From NCBI RefSeq assembly GCF_008000775.2, contig NZ_CP042905.2, forward strand, positions 1,470,001-1,502,000: a DNA stretch of 32,000 bases. Reading direction: 5' to 3'. This DNA comes from Promethearchaeum syntrophicum. GTDB lineage: Archaea > Asgardarchaeota > Lokiarchaeia > Sigyniarchaeales > Promethearchaeaceae. Made by a program: the position numbers and the translations under genes. The notes below the pieces were generated by a model. It made no database searches. It was not told the origin of the DNA and saw nothing but the letters and a program-made list of their open reading frames with translations. This document shows, piece by piece, positions 1-8,571 of the stretch. How positions within the stretch are numbered: position 1 is the first letter of the stretch; each line of letters opens with the position of its first letter.

Positions 1-263
1 TTTCTTCTTCGAATATCACTTAGTCTCTCTTCAGATGCTCGATCAATCCGATCCCCATCTAAAATAACCGTTCCATCATCAGGAAGATCCAATCCACTCA
101 TAACATTTAATAATGTGGTTTTACCACAACCTGTAGGACCCATTAAAACAACAAATTCTCCTGCATTGATTTTTAAATTAATGTCTACTAACGCCCGGAT
201 TATATTTCCTCTTAATCGAAATTCTTTCTGGACATTTTCCAATTTAATCATTACTTCTGGCAT
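1..263 (-). CDS. ABC transporter ATP-binding protein (MacB/LolD-like), N-terminal part only; the rest lies beyond the left window edge
   Basis: Absent from the ORF track because it is truncated. Reverse-strand translation from the ATG (complement of 261-263) reads MPEVMIKLENVQKEFRLRGNIIRALVDINLKINAGEFVVLMGPTGCGKTTLLNVMSGLDLPDDGTVILDGDRI, which contains the Walker A loop GPTGCGKT. It starts 18 nt downstream of the permease gene on the same strand. Confidence 0.85.
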   Translation of the reverse strand, partial: MPEVMIKLENVQKEFRLRGNIIRALVDINLKINAGEFVVLMGPTGCGKTTLLNVMSGLDLPDDGTVILDGDRIDRASEERLSDIRRR

Positions 264-281
264 TTTCTTAATCTCCTTTTA

Positions 282-854
282 TTATTTTAACACCCTCAAC
301 GCCACTATTGGCCTAAGTTTTAATATCTTACTGTACATTACTAAGATCCCAAGAATTTGTGAGACCAAAAACATTGCTAACGTCGCAAGAATTGGCCAAA
401 TGTTAAGTATTGGGGTTGTTTTATCTATATAATTAGATGCTGAAATTGTTCCAATCTGTTGTTGGTAAAAATATGTTAATCCCGCTGTAATATGAATTAA
501 GGTTTCCGCCATAATCATAAAAGCAACAAAAGTGACCCAAGTTAATTCCCCAATTATAATAGTTCTAATATTAGAATTCTTATACCCAATACACTTGAGA
601 GTTGCAATTTCATTTTTTCGATAATTAATTACAATCCAAGCATACAAAATCGATAATAATAATGTGGAAAGGATTGATACAACTAATAATAAGACGTTTG
701 GGGTACCTTCACCATAAAGAAAATCCTGAAAATTCCAAGTCATCCAAACCATAAGCACTGTATACATTAGTGTAAATGCGATGAATCTTCTCCGAGATCT
801 CATTGCAAGTTTAACACTTTTACTCCATAATCTTAATCCCATATGTTTCACCAT
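282..854 (-). CDS. Small FtsX-like ABC transporter permease (4 predicted TM helices, no large extracellular domain)
   Basis: 190-aa ORF starting at an ATG. It has hydrophobic helices and the FtsX-type segment NEIATLKCIGYKNSNIRTIIIGELTWVTF between TM2 and TM3. It lies directly upstream of the ABC ATPase. Confidence 0.65.
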   Translation of the reverse strand: MVKHMGLRLWSKSVKLAMRSRRRFIAFTLMYTVLMVWMTWNFQDFLYGEGTPNVLLLVVSILSTLLLSILYAWIVINYRKNEIATLKCIGYKNSNIRTIIIGELTWVTFVAFMIMAETLIHITAGLTYFYQQQIGTISASNYIDKTTPILNIWPILATLAMFLVSQILGILVMYSKILKLRPIVALRVLK

Positions 855-862
855 TTTTTATA

Positions 863-870
863 TTTATAAA
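863..870 (+). promoter_or_regulatory. TATA-box-like element (tttataaa) upstream of the profilin gene
   Basis: Matches the archaeal TATA consensus. With the usual spacing (box centred about 26 nt upstream of the transcription start), transcription would begin near 893. That is downstream of the ORF-track ATG at 875 and upstream of the ATG at 920. Confidence 0.3.
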
Positions 871-919
871 TGAAATGTTAGATCTCCTTTTTAATTTTGT
901 GCATATTAACAATATTATT

Positions 920-1297
920 ATGGATTATGAAAACTTAATTTTTGATTTACTTGATTCTGAACCATCAATTTTCGGGGGCGCATTAATCGATAGTAATGGA
1001 AAATTGCTTTTCCAAACTGAAAATTGGGATCTTTCTCAAGATTTAGATCAAATCAATTCAGCAATTGAAGAATCTCAAAAATCTGATGGTAAAAACCCTG
1101 GATCAATTTCTATCATGAAATTAACATACATGGTAATCGAATTTATTCCTGAAAGAATAATTGCGACAAATGTTATGAAAAAAGGGCATATAATAATTGC
1201 ACCAAGTAAAAAAGCCACATTAGTTACTTTTATTGACCCGAATAAAGGTCCACGTGATGTTCTCTTTGTTATTCAGAATTTTGCGCGGAAGTTATGA
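920..1297 (+). CDS. Profilin homologue (Asgard-type eukaryotic signature protein)
   Basis: From [11 protein letters not shown], the protein aligns by eye along its whole length with plant and animal profilins. [27 protein letters not shown] matches [39 protein letters not shown] matches [54 protein letters not shown] matches [42 protein letters not shown]. The ORF-track start at 875 adds 15 residues with no profilin counterpart. Start 920 is preferred but unproven. Confidence 0.8.
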   Translation: [125 protein letters not shown]

Positions 1298-1401
1298 AAT
1301 AACGCCAAATTTTTTACTTTTTTGTTTACGGGCTAACATTTTTTGAGATTTGATTTTAGATTTTATAAATAGTTGTAAAAAGGAAAAAAAAATCAAAAAT
1401 T

Positions 1402-2064
1402 CTAGCTTAAAAAAGGTTGAATTATCTTAAACACAACAATAAATATCACTAGTAATGGAATAATGATTAAAATAATTCGTAATTGTCCTTTCCAAGACCA
1501 TCGATTAAGAGAGCTTAAAAACGATTCAAAATTACGTTGTCTACGAATTGATTTTGCCCAATTTTTTCTAGTATTTTGAACAGAGTTTTGAAGTTTTTCT
1601 TTATTATATTCAGACTTTTTTTCGAGATTTTTCTGCATATGTCCATATCTCTTATCTAATAATTCTTCTTGATGCTTATAATATTCATTCATTCTTTGCC
1701 TTTTTCTTTCCCAGCGATCTATAATTCTTTGTTGTCTTATTTTTTGTCGATCAATCACATTTTTCTTATTGCTTTTTTCTTTTAAACGTTCCAATTTTTT
1801 TTGTTGTCTTATTTTTTGTCGATCTAATGATTCATTTAATAATTTATCAATAGAAGAATTCCACTCTTCTTGAATTTTTTCAAAGGATTCTTGAGTTTTT
1901 TGAAAAAACGTGGTTATTCCTGTCAATAAATCTGGTTTTGCTTGTTTATCAATGGTATTTTCTTCTTTTTTTGGTTTTTTATAATATTCATTCAGTTCTT
2001 TATCAATTTCATTGAGATTTTCATTCATTTCTTTATTTATCTTCTCAAGTTTTTTTTTATTCAT
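1402..2064 (-). CDS. Tail-anchored, highly charged coiled-coil protein (paralogue A), function unknown
   Basis: K/E/R/Q-rich ORF with a single C-terminal TM helix (LRIILIIIPLLVIFIVVFKII) preceded by NRWSWKG. It contains an internal 24-aa-spaced repeat, DRQKIRQQ. The track start at 2073 is a TTG; the ATG at 2064 is preferred. Confidence 0.6.
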   Translation of the reverse strand: MNKKKLEKINKEMNENLNEIDKELNEYYKKPKKEENTIDKQAKPDLLTGITTFFQKTQESFEKIQEEWNSSIDKLLNESLDRQKIRQQKKLERLKEKSNKKNVIDRQKIRQQRIIDRWERKRQRMNEYYKHQEELLDKRYGHMQKNLEKKSEYNKEKLQNSVQNTRKNWAKSIRRQRNFESFLSSLNRWSWKGQLRIILIIIPLLVIFIVVFKIIQPFLS

Positions 2065-2091
2065 ATTTTTCAATCCTTTTTAATTTTTATC

Positions 2092-3000
2092 TTATTCTCC
2101 ACTTGAAAATAAATTTTGTATTAAATCTATTAAGTTTACCCCAACTAATTGGAAGATCCAGAGAAGAAATAAAATAAATCCAACAATTAAAATGACTTCT
2201 AGCAAAAATGTAAAATATCCCTTCCACCATAATCGATTCTGAAATTTAAAAAAGCGTTGCGTTTTTCTTTGTTGTAATTTAATGAATCTATTCCAATTTT
2301 GTTTGCGCACCTGGTGTTTTTCTGCAAATATTTCTTTGGATGCTTCTTTACGTTTTTGAATGAAAACGGATCTCTGTTCTTTTTTATCTTGAACAATGTT
2401 CTGTCTATTAGCTTTTTGTTCCTTCAAATACCCTTTTTGAATCTCTCTTTTCTTATCAAGAAAGTCACTTCTATTTGTTTGCGTTTCCTCAGATAATTCA
2501 AGTCTTTCCAATCGCTGCATCTTCAATATTTCTTTTCTTTGATCCCTTAATTCTTGACGCTTTTTCCATCGTTTTAATCTTCTATATTGTCTAATTTCTT
2601 TGGGAGTCAAGGGTTGATCATTGGTAATTCCAGCTTCCAATTCTTCCAATTTTTCATTGAACGCTTTCTTTTGATTGGTAAAAAAAGCGTTTATAATTCC
2701 ATTATTGATTCTTTCCCCGAGGATTATCTTTCTTTTTCGTTCTTTTCGTAGGTCAATTTTTTTTTGATTTAATTCTTTCCAATCCGATTCCCATTTGTTA
2801 AGCATATTTTGCGTATTTTTAACGAAATTTTCCCAATTTTCTTGCAGTTTAGATGGTTTTGGAGAGTCATTATTTTCGTTTTCTAATTTGATTGAATTAA
2901 ATCTCTCTTCTAATTTCTTAGAATCTTCCAATAATTGATTTTCTAATTTAGATATCTCATCCTTTTTCTTATTCTTCTTATCATCTGGGAAAGGGGTCAT
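2092..3000 (-). CDS. Tail-anchored, highly charged coiled-coil protein (paralogue B), function unknown
   Basis: 302-aa ORF with the same architecture as its neighbour. It has a charged, helical-looking body, then NRLWWKG, then a C-terminal TM helix (YFTFLLEVILIVGFILFLLWIF). Segments shared with paralogue A: NFVKNTQNMLNKWESDW versus TFFQKTQESFEKIQEEW, and QNWNRFIK versus KNWAKSIR. Confidence 0.6.
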   Translation of the reverse strand: MTPFPDDKKNKKKDEISKLENQLLEDSKKLEERFNSIKLENENNDSPKPSKLQENWENFVKNTQNMLNKWESDWKELNQKKIDLRKERKRKIILGERINNGIINAFFTNQKKAFNEKLEELEAGITNDQPLTPKEIRQYRRLKRWKKRQELRDQRKEILKMQRLERLELSEETQTNRSDFLDKKREIQKGYLKEQKANRQNIVQDKKEQRSVFIQKRKEASKEIFAEKHQVRKQNWNRFIKLQQRKTQRFFKFQNRLWWKGYFTFLLEVILIVGFILFLLWIFQLVGVNLIDLIQNLFSSGE

Positions 3001-3089
3001 TTTATTTACTCTCTAAAAATAAATGAAAAAAGAAGTATAAATGTTTATGTAAAAGCGATATTTTTATAAATTTCAATCTTATTTGGCCT

Positions 3090-4607
3090 TCAAGGTCTAG
3101 CTAATTTTTGAATTCCTGAAACATAGACTTGTTGCACCTTAGCATCGTTCAATAGTTCAGGGTGATTGATAACATCCTCCTTCAAAACAACAAAATCTGC
3201 CTCAAATCCTAGCGCAAGTTCTCCCAATCTCTCCTCTTCTTTTGCAGAATATGCTGCTCCTTTCGTATAGATGAATAAAACTTCCTCAAAAGTTAATCTC
3301 TCCTCTTCTCTCCATATCGTTCCATTCCAAACCTCTCTGAAAATGGCAGAATACATTCCTAATAATGGATTATTAGTTTCAACTGGAGCGTCGGATCCTC
3401 CTGAAACATGTATTCCTTTGTCAATCATTGTCTTCCAAGCGTACGAATATTTCCTTCTTTCACTCTCTTTCCCAAGTAAGGTGTCTGCCCATTTTCCGTC
3501 AGTAATGATGAATATTGGTTGAATATTTGCTATAATTTTCAGATTTTTCATTTTTTCCAGTAGATCTTCACCAAGAACTTGTGCATGTGTAAGTATTGGT
3601 CTGTTGTTATCGTTATTAACTTCTATTGCATTGATCACCGTTTCTGCAGCTAGATCACCAATTGCATGGATTTCCACTCTATAACCTGCAGCTTTTGCCT
3701 CTCCAACAAGTTTATTTAATTCTTCTTGTGAATAAACTAATATTCCAGTTTCACCCGTATCTGCATAAGGTTCTCTCATCGCAGCTGTATGTGCTCCCAA
3801 TGAACCATCTACCATCAGTTTTACTCTATCACAGTACAATAATCCATCTCTTGTTCCTGGTTTTGGAGTATCAGTTCTACCAATCTCATTATGGTTAGGT
3901 GTAAGATACACTCTAATAGGTACTCTCCCTTCTTTCTGGAGTTCTTTATATATTGTCCAAGCTTCCTCATCATTGGTTTGTACCCCAGTTAATCCAACCT
4001 CCAGGCATTGTTGCAATCCTATGGATATCATCTCCTTTCTTTTATTCCTCTCAACAATGATTAAAGGACTGACCAGATCTACAGCTTTCTCCTTTAATAT
4101 TCCAGTAGGATGCCCATCTATATCTCTCTCGATCTCACCACCATCTGGATCTTCAGTATGTTGATTGATTCCAAGAATTTTAAGAGCAAATGAGTTCACA
4201 ACTACGATATGACCACACACTCTAGAAAGTCTAACTGGTTGATTTGGGATTATCTGGTCAAGGTCTTCTTTTCGAATATATTTCTTGCCTTCGAATAAAT
4301 CCTGATCCCAACCTCTTCCAATAATCCATCCTTCTCTATTAATTGCAAATTCTTTTAATTTTGACTGTATCTCGAATATTGATCTACATCCTTCGAGCTT
4401 CAAAGATTTATCGTGCAAACCCAAACTAAATACATGAAGATGAGCATCCATTAATCCCGGTAAGATCGTCTTTTGCTCCATATCAATGGAATCCTCCGTT
4501 TTTTCAACTTCTCCTGACCCCAATTCAATTATTTTTCCATTCTCCACTCTCATCCATGATTTAATTCCATCTAATGTGAATATCTTTGCATTGAAGTAAA
4601 TAGTCAT
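3090..4607 (-). CDS. Metal-dependent amidohydrolase (amidohydrolase-3 / YtcJ-like family)
   Basis: 505 aa. It has the N-terminal metal-binding motif GLMDAHLHVF (HxH), an internal HAIGD, and a C-terminal GGSDAPVE. Both the size and the motif order are typical of the family. Confidence 0.8.
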   Translation of the reverse strand: MTIYFNAKIFTLDGIKSWMRVENGKIIELGSGEVEKTEDSIDMEQKTILPGLMDAHLHVFSLGLHDKSLKLEGCRSIFEIQSKLKEFAINREGWIIGRGWDQDLFEGKKYIRKEDLDQIIPNQPVRLSRVCGHIVVVNSFALKILGINQHTEDPDGGEIERDIDGHPTGILKEKAVDLVSPLIIVERNKRKEMISIGLQQCLEVGLTGVQTNDEEAWTIYKELQKEGRVPIRVYLTPNHNEIGRTDTPKPGTRDGLLYCDRVKLMVDGSLGAHTAAMREPYADTGETGILVYSQEELNKLVGEAKAAGYRVEIHAIGDLAAETVINAIEVNNDNNRPILTHAQVLGEDLLEKMKNLKIIANIQPIFIITDGKWADTLLGKESERRKYSYAWKTMIDKGIHVSGGSDAPVETNNPLLGMYSAIFREVWNGTIWREEERLTFEEVLFIYTKGAAYSAKEEERLGELALGFEADFVVLKEDVINHPELLNDAKVQQVYVSGIQKLARP

Positions 4608-4679
4608 TAATAATCCTCTCTGTGGAAATATGTTTTAAATTTATATTGAAAAAAATAATAAAAAATTGGTCATCTACAA

Positions 4680-5306
4680 TCAATTCTTCTTGGGAGGAGC
4701 GACTATGCACCCACAACAAATAACAACAATTCCGGGAATTAAGAGCCATAGACTAACATTAGTAATGGTATCTACCCAAAATCTGTTAGGGTTTTCATAT
4801 ATTCGAACTTCCACTGTTGCACTTGAAATATCAGTCAAGCTTATGATGGTAAAATTGAATTGCATATCTTTATCATCTGTCAAATCTTCCTCTAATATCC
4901 ATTTATCGAAAGAAATTAAAGCAGTACCGTTAAAACCAGTCCTAGTTTCGGTTTCTACTTTTGAATAATCCCCAGTAACAACCATTTGAACAGTAATTTG
5001 ACCTGTTTGGGAATCGCTTTGTGGTCCAACGGCTCTCAATGAAACCTTAATATCATAATTATTTCCCGCTTTCATTATTCCTATCGCATTTAATTCAATT
5101 GTGGAATTCACTGCAAGTGGACTAAAAGCAAGAGATCCAGGGCTATCGGATACATATGATCCTTCATATATGTTATTTGCAATTAATAATCCTGCAATAG
5201 ATGGTATACATAAAATAAATCCTATTAATGCAATACATCCACCACAAAATCGTCGAGATCGGGTTATTGGATTGCCAAACCCACTAATATTTTTTAGAAG
5301 CGACAT
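4680..5306 (-). CDS. Hypothetical membrane protein with N- and C-terminal TM helices flanking a predicted beta-rich extracytoplasmic domain
   Basis: 208-aa ORF starting at an ATG. The TM segments are CIALIGFILCIPSIAGLLIA and LWLLIPGIVVICCGCIV. I recognise no family motif. Confidence 0.5.
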   Translation of the reverse strand: MSLLKNISGFGNPITRSRRFCGGCIALIGFILCIPSIAGLLIANNIYEGSYVSDSPGSLAFSPLAVNSTIELNAIGIMKAGNNYDIKVSLRAVGPQSDSQTGQITVQMVVTGDYSKVETETRTGFNGTALISFDKWILEEDLTDDKDMQFNFTIISLTDISSATVEVRIYENPNRFWVDTITNVSLWLLIPGIVVICCGCIVAPPKKN

Positions 5307-5402
5307 GTTATTACTAAATACTATTAATAACCTTTAAGTATTTTTTAATTAATTTTTCAATTCAGATGAAATTAGAAAAAAAAAGGAAAAGGTTTGTAAA
5401 AA

Positions 5403-6770
5403 TTAAGATAAATCAGATAACGTTAAATTGATTCGTTTAAACGTTTCTTCAATTTTTTCTAACGGAATTGAACAAAAAGCAACTCGTATGCCATTAATTT
5501 CTTCTTTTTCACTCATAATTGGAAATGTACCAACTTTATATTCTTTAAGAAGATGATCCGCGAAATTGGTAGCAGGAATTTTATCAATATTCAAAAATAC
5601 AAAGAATCCTCCTCCGGCAGGATCCATGGTAATTCCTTCTGTTTTATATTTATTAAATGCATTAATGGAAGCAAAATAACGTTTTTTCAATATTTCATAT
5701 ATTTTTTTCCTACTTTCTTCCATTTTCTCAAATCCCCCTCTTAAAATTTCAATTAAAACTTCTTGATAAAAGTGGTTTGAATTGCTAATTGTTGATCGAA
5801 TCATCCCCTGTATTTTATTCTCCCAATCTTGAAGAAATAATTCTTTTTCAGAATGAGGTAACCAAGATGAATGAATGCCAAGAGTTATTGCTCCGGTTCT
5901 TCCACCGTACATTAAGACTTCTTTCGAAGCGCCATCAAGTTTTATAGGTATCAAATTTGGATGTAAATCAATTAATTCATAAAAAATTGATGTTCCCACT
6001 CGCTGATCTGAATAACTATAACCCTCGTATGCATCATCGCAAAAGATTAAAACAGGTTTATTAGAAGAATCGCAAAAATTTTTTAACGAATTCAATATTT
6101 TTTGAATTTCATTTTTAGTTGGGCAATATCCTGTAGGATTATTTGGAAAATTAAGAATTAAAACGATTTTATCTTGAGTTTCACTTATTTTTTGCATAAG
6201 TTCTAAAATTCCTTCAACATTTAGCTCTGATTCCTTAAAAAACTGAAAAGACTCGATTTTTAATTCATTTTGCAGGTGCAAAACACTATTATAATTTCCC
6301 CATTTTTTATTTGGGCAAATTATGCGTTCTCCCGGATTTAAGAAAAATCTGCTGATTAGAAAGATACAATTCGTGATTCCATTGCAAATTGCAGGTTTAG
6401 TAATCTTTCCCGTAATATCTATTGATCCAGATGGTAAATTTTTTGCATTCATTCCCTTATATATTATCCATTTCTCCCAGAGATCACGAAATGTTGGAAG
6501 CCCAGCAATTGGTGCATAAGATGCAAATTTTTCAGGTGATAAATTTATGTATTGCTTAAGTTCTGGAAGATAATAAGTAAGAAGCTTTTCTCTACCTCCC
6601 TCAATGATATCACTTTCAAAACCAACAGCCGTACCAATCGTTGCATTAATTTCCGCTTCTTTTTTTGCTCGACTAGTCCAATAAAATATTCCATTCGGTT
6701 GATAAATTCTTTTTCCTATTGAAGAAAGAGCTTCAAATACCGGAGTTTTTTTTAAAGTCTCGAATTCCAT
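5403..6770 (-). CDS. PLP-dependent aminotransferase, class I/II fold
   Basis: 455 aa. It contains LNFPNNPTGY (the conserved N-P-T-G motif), CDDAYEGY, and the PLP-lysine motif GASKEVLMYGGRTG (SxSKxxxxxGxRxG type). Confidence 0.8.
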   Translation of the reverse strand: MEFETLKKTPVFEALSSIGKRIYQPNGIFYWTSRAKKEAEINATIGTAVGFESDIIEGGREKLLTYYLPELKQYINLSPEKFASYAPIAGLPTFRDLWEKWIIYKGMNAKNLPSGSIDITGKITKPAICNGITNCIFLISRFFLNPGERIICPNKKWGNYNSVLHLQNELKIESFQFFKESELNVEGILELMQKISETQDKIVLILNFPNNPTGYCPTKNEIQKILNSLKNFCDSSNKPVLIFCDDAYEGYSYSDQRVGTSIFYELIDLHPNLIPIKLDGASKEVLMYGGRTGAITLGIHSSWLPHSEKELFLQDWENKIQGMIRSTISNSNHFYQEVLIEILRGGFEKMEESRKKIYEILKKRYFASINAFNKYKTEGITMDPAGGGFFVFLNIDKIPATNFADHLLKEYKVGTFPIMSEKEEINGIRVAFCSIPLEKIEETFKRINLTLSDLS

Positions 6771-6937
6771 TTTTAGAATCTAGGTATCAAACTACTTTCT
6801 TCAAAAATAAAGTTTTTAATAATTTAATTTGATTAACATATTTTGAAAATTAACCAATTTTCGTAAAATTTGAACACAAGTCTTTTAATAAAATAGAGAT
6901 AGAATTATTACAACACACTAAGGAGTGTATAAAAATT

Positions 6938-7438
6938 ATGTCAGAACGACCACCAGAGTATTTTGAACAATTTTTAGATTATAAATTTTCAGTTCAAAAA
7001 TATCGAATCAAAGGAAAAAAGTTATCGGCATTTGCCGCAGCGATCGGTGATAAAAATCCCAAATATTATGTTCCCGATCCAGAAGATCCAAATGAAAAAG
7101 CAGATTATTCTGGGATTGTTGCACATCCAGCTTATGCTGCTTGTTATACAATTCCCAAGTTATTAGAAGCTCTTCCGGATATTAAAGGTTCAGATGGAGA
7201 GCCGATGTTAAGAAATATTGGCAAGTTACTTCATGCAGCGCAAGAATATGATTTTTCAGGATGCGTCCCTTTAACTCCTGCAACAAAAAAGGTGTATAGT
7301 GATTCAAAATTTACTAAATTTTGGATTAAAAGTGATATCCTTTGGGGAGAAGCAAGAGTAATAACAACCAATGAGGAAAAAACGGAAACTTATTGTAAAA
7401 CAACCATTAGAGTTGGAATTCGGAAAGGAGGATATTAA
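6938..7438 (+). CDS. MaoC-N / FAS1-DH-like hot-dog fold protein (likely the non-catalytic partner subunit)
   Basis: 166 aa. It contains FAAAIGDKNPKYY, typical of the N-terminal MaoC dehydratase domain. Its stop codon lies 1 nt before the ATG of the catalytic MaoC gene. Confidence 0.65.
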   Translation: MSERPPEYFEQFLDYKFSVQKYRIKGKKLSAFAAAIGDKNPKYYVPDPEDPNEKADYSGIVAHPAYAACYTIPKLLEALPDIKGSDGEPMLRNIGKLLHAAQEYDFSGCVPLTPATKKVYSDSKFTKFWIKSDILWGEARVITTNEEKTETYCKTTIRVGIRKGGY

Positions 7439-7439
7439 A

Positions 7440-7955
7440 ATGGAAATTGGTCAAATTTTTACCCATATTGATGGACCCGTCAGCCGGGATGATATAAAAG
7501 CTTATGCAAAAGCTAGTGGTGATAGAAACCCGATTCATTTAGATGAAGAGTTTGCTGTACAAGTTGGTTTAAAAGGTGTTATCGTCCATGGAATGTTGTA
7601 TTTCGGTTATATCTCTAAAATGATGGGAGATATTGCGAGTGAGAATAATGCGAAATTCATCAATTTAGGAGGAGAATTACGAGGAATGCTTCGTCCTGGA
7701 GATACAGTAGTGACTACCGCTAAAGTTACTAGCATAGATGGGAATCAAGTTTCTTTCGAAATCACTCAAAATTCAAAGATGCCCCTTAAAATTGAAAAAG
7801 AAGGTGCAATTATCAAGACTTATGAAGCCGAAGAAAAAGGATGGGTTAAGGAAAAAGAATTATCTGGAATAAAAACTGAAGAAACTGATGAAGGTAAGTT
7901 CACATTCCGGGAATGGTTGACTGTTAAAGGGCATGCCAAAATTGAATTACTTTAA
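7440..7955 (+). CDS. MaoC-like (R)-specific enoyl-CoA hydratase / 3-hydroxyacyl dehydratase
   Basis: Contains the hydratase-2 motif YAKASGDRNPIHLDEEFA followed by GVIVHGM. The ATG at 7440 is preceded by ggaaaggagga. The ORF-track start at 7371 would overlap the upstream gene by 68 nt. Confidence 0.8.
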   Translation: MEIGQIFTHIDGPVSRDDIKAYAKASGDRNPIHLDEEFAVQVGLKGVIVHGMLYFGYISKMMGDIASENNAKFINLGGELRGMLRPGDTVVTTAKVTSIDGNQVSFEITQNSKMPLKIEKEGAIIKTYEAEEKGWVKEKELSGIKTEETDEGKFTFREWLTVKGHAKIELL

Positions 7956-8292
7956 GGTAATTTAAATATTTTTTTACTTATTTATCCTTTTTTTTTTATA
8001 TTTTTGGTTGAAAAACTAAATTTCCCTTAGATCATGATCATCCAAAAAATACAAATAATGGTCTAAAGATGTTTTAATATCGCGACTTTTTATGTATAAT
8101 TTGAAGTTCTATTCAAGGTGAAAAAAAATTAAAATATATTGTAGTCAATGTGGTTCGGAGATAGAGGATACCGTTAAATTTTGTAGTTATTGTGGAAATC
8201 CTGTAGCATCTCCTCCAGCTCCGAAAATAAAGTCGACACCCAACCAGCAGACATATGCACAGCCTCAATATCCTCCAACCTCTCGCCCTGCG

Positions 8293-8538
8293 ATGTCCCA
8301 ACCTACCAAACCGCCTCCTCAACCTCCAACTGGTAAAAGTAAGATAGTTGCGGGCATACTTGCATTACTTTTTGGTGGTTTCGGAATTCACAAGTTTTAT
8401 CTAGAGAAACCTGAAAATGGGTTAATGTATATATGTTTCTTCTGGACAGGAATACCAGAAATTGTTGGAATCATAGAAGGTATCATGTATTTGACGGAAT
8501 CCGATGAAGCTTTCGAAGAGCGAGTTAGAAATTTATAG
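8293..8538 (+). CDS. TM2-domain membrane protein; probably longer at its N-terminus (see finding on 8122-8292)
   Basis: Contains KSKIVAGILALLFGGFGIHKFYL followed by a second helix, GIPEIVGIIEGIMYL, which is the TM2-domain pattern. The in-frame upstream sequence encodes a zinc ribbon but has no ATG, GTG or TTG. Confidence 0.7.
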   Translation: MSQPTKPPPQPPTGKSKIVAGILALLFGGFGIHKFYLEKPENGLMYICFFWTGIPEIVGIIEGIMYLTESDEAFEERVRNL

Positions 8539-8571
8539 TTCATTCAAGTTTTGAGAATTTAGGTAATAGTC

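Noticed and set aside
115-432. A 105-aa plus-strand ORF
   Set aside because: It is antisense to the well-supported ABC ATPase (Walker A) and FtsX-like permease genes, spans their intergenic gap, and has low-complexity hydrophobic content.
1728-1824. An exact 25-nt DNA repeat (tttgttgtcttattttttgtcgatc) spaced 72 nt apart
   Set aside because: It lies within the coiled-coil gene and simply encodes the repeated peptide DRQKIRQQ 24 residues apart. It is an intragenic coding repeat, not a regulatory or CRISPR-like element.
8113-8322. A 69-aa arginine-rich minus-strand ORF
   Set aside because: It is antisense to the zinc-ribbon and Pro/Gln linker coding frame that is contiguous with the TM2 domain. 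Its Arg/Cys-rich composition is a typical antisense artefact of Pro/Ala/Gln codons.
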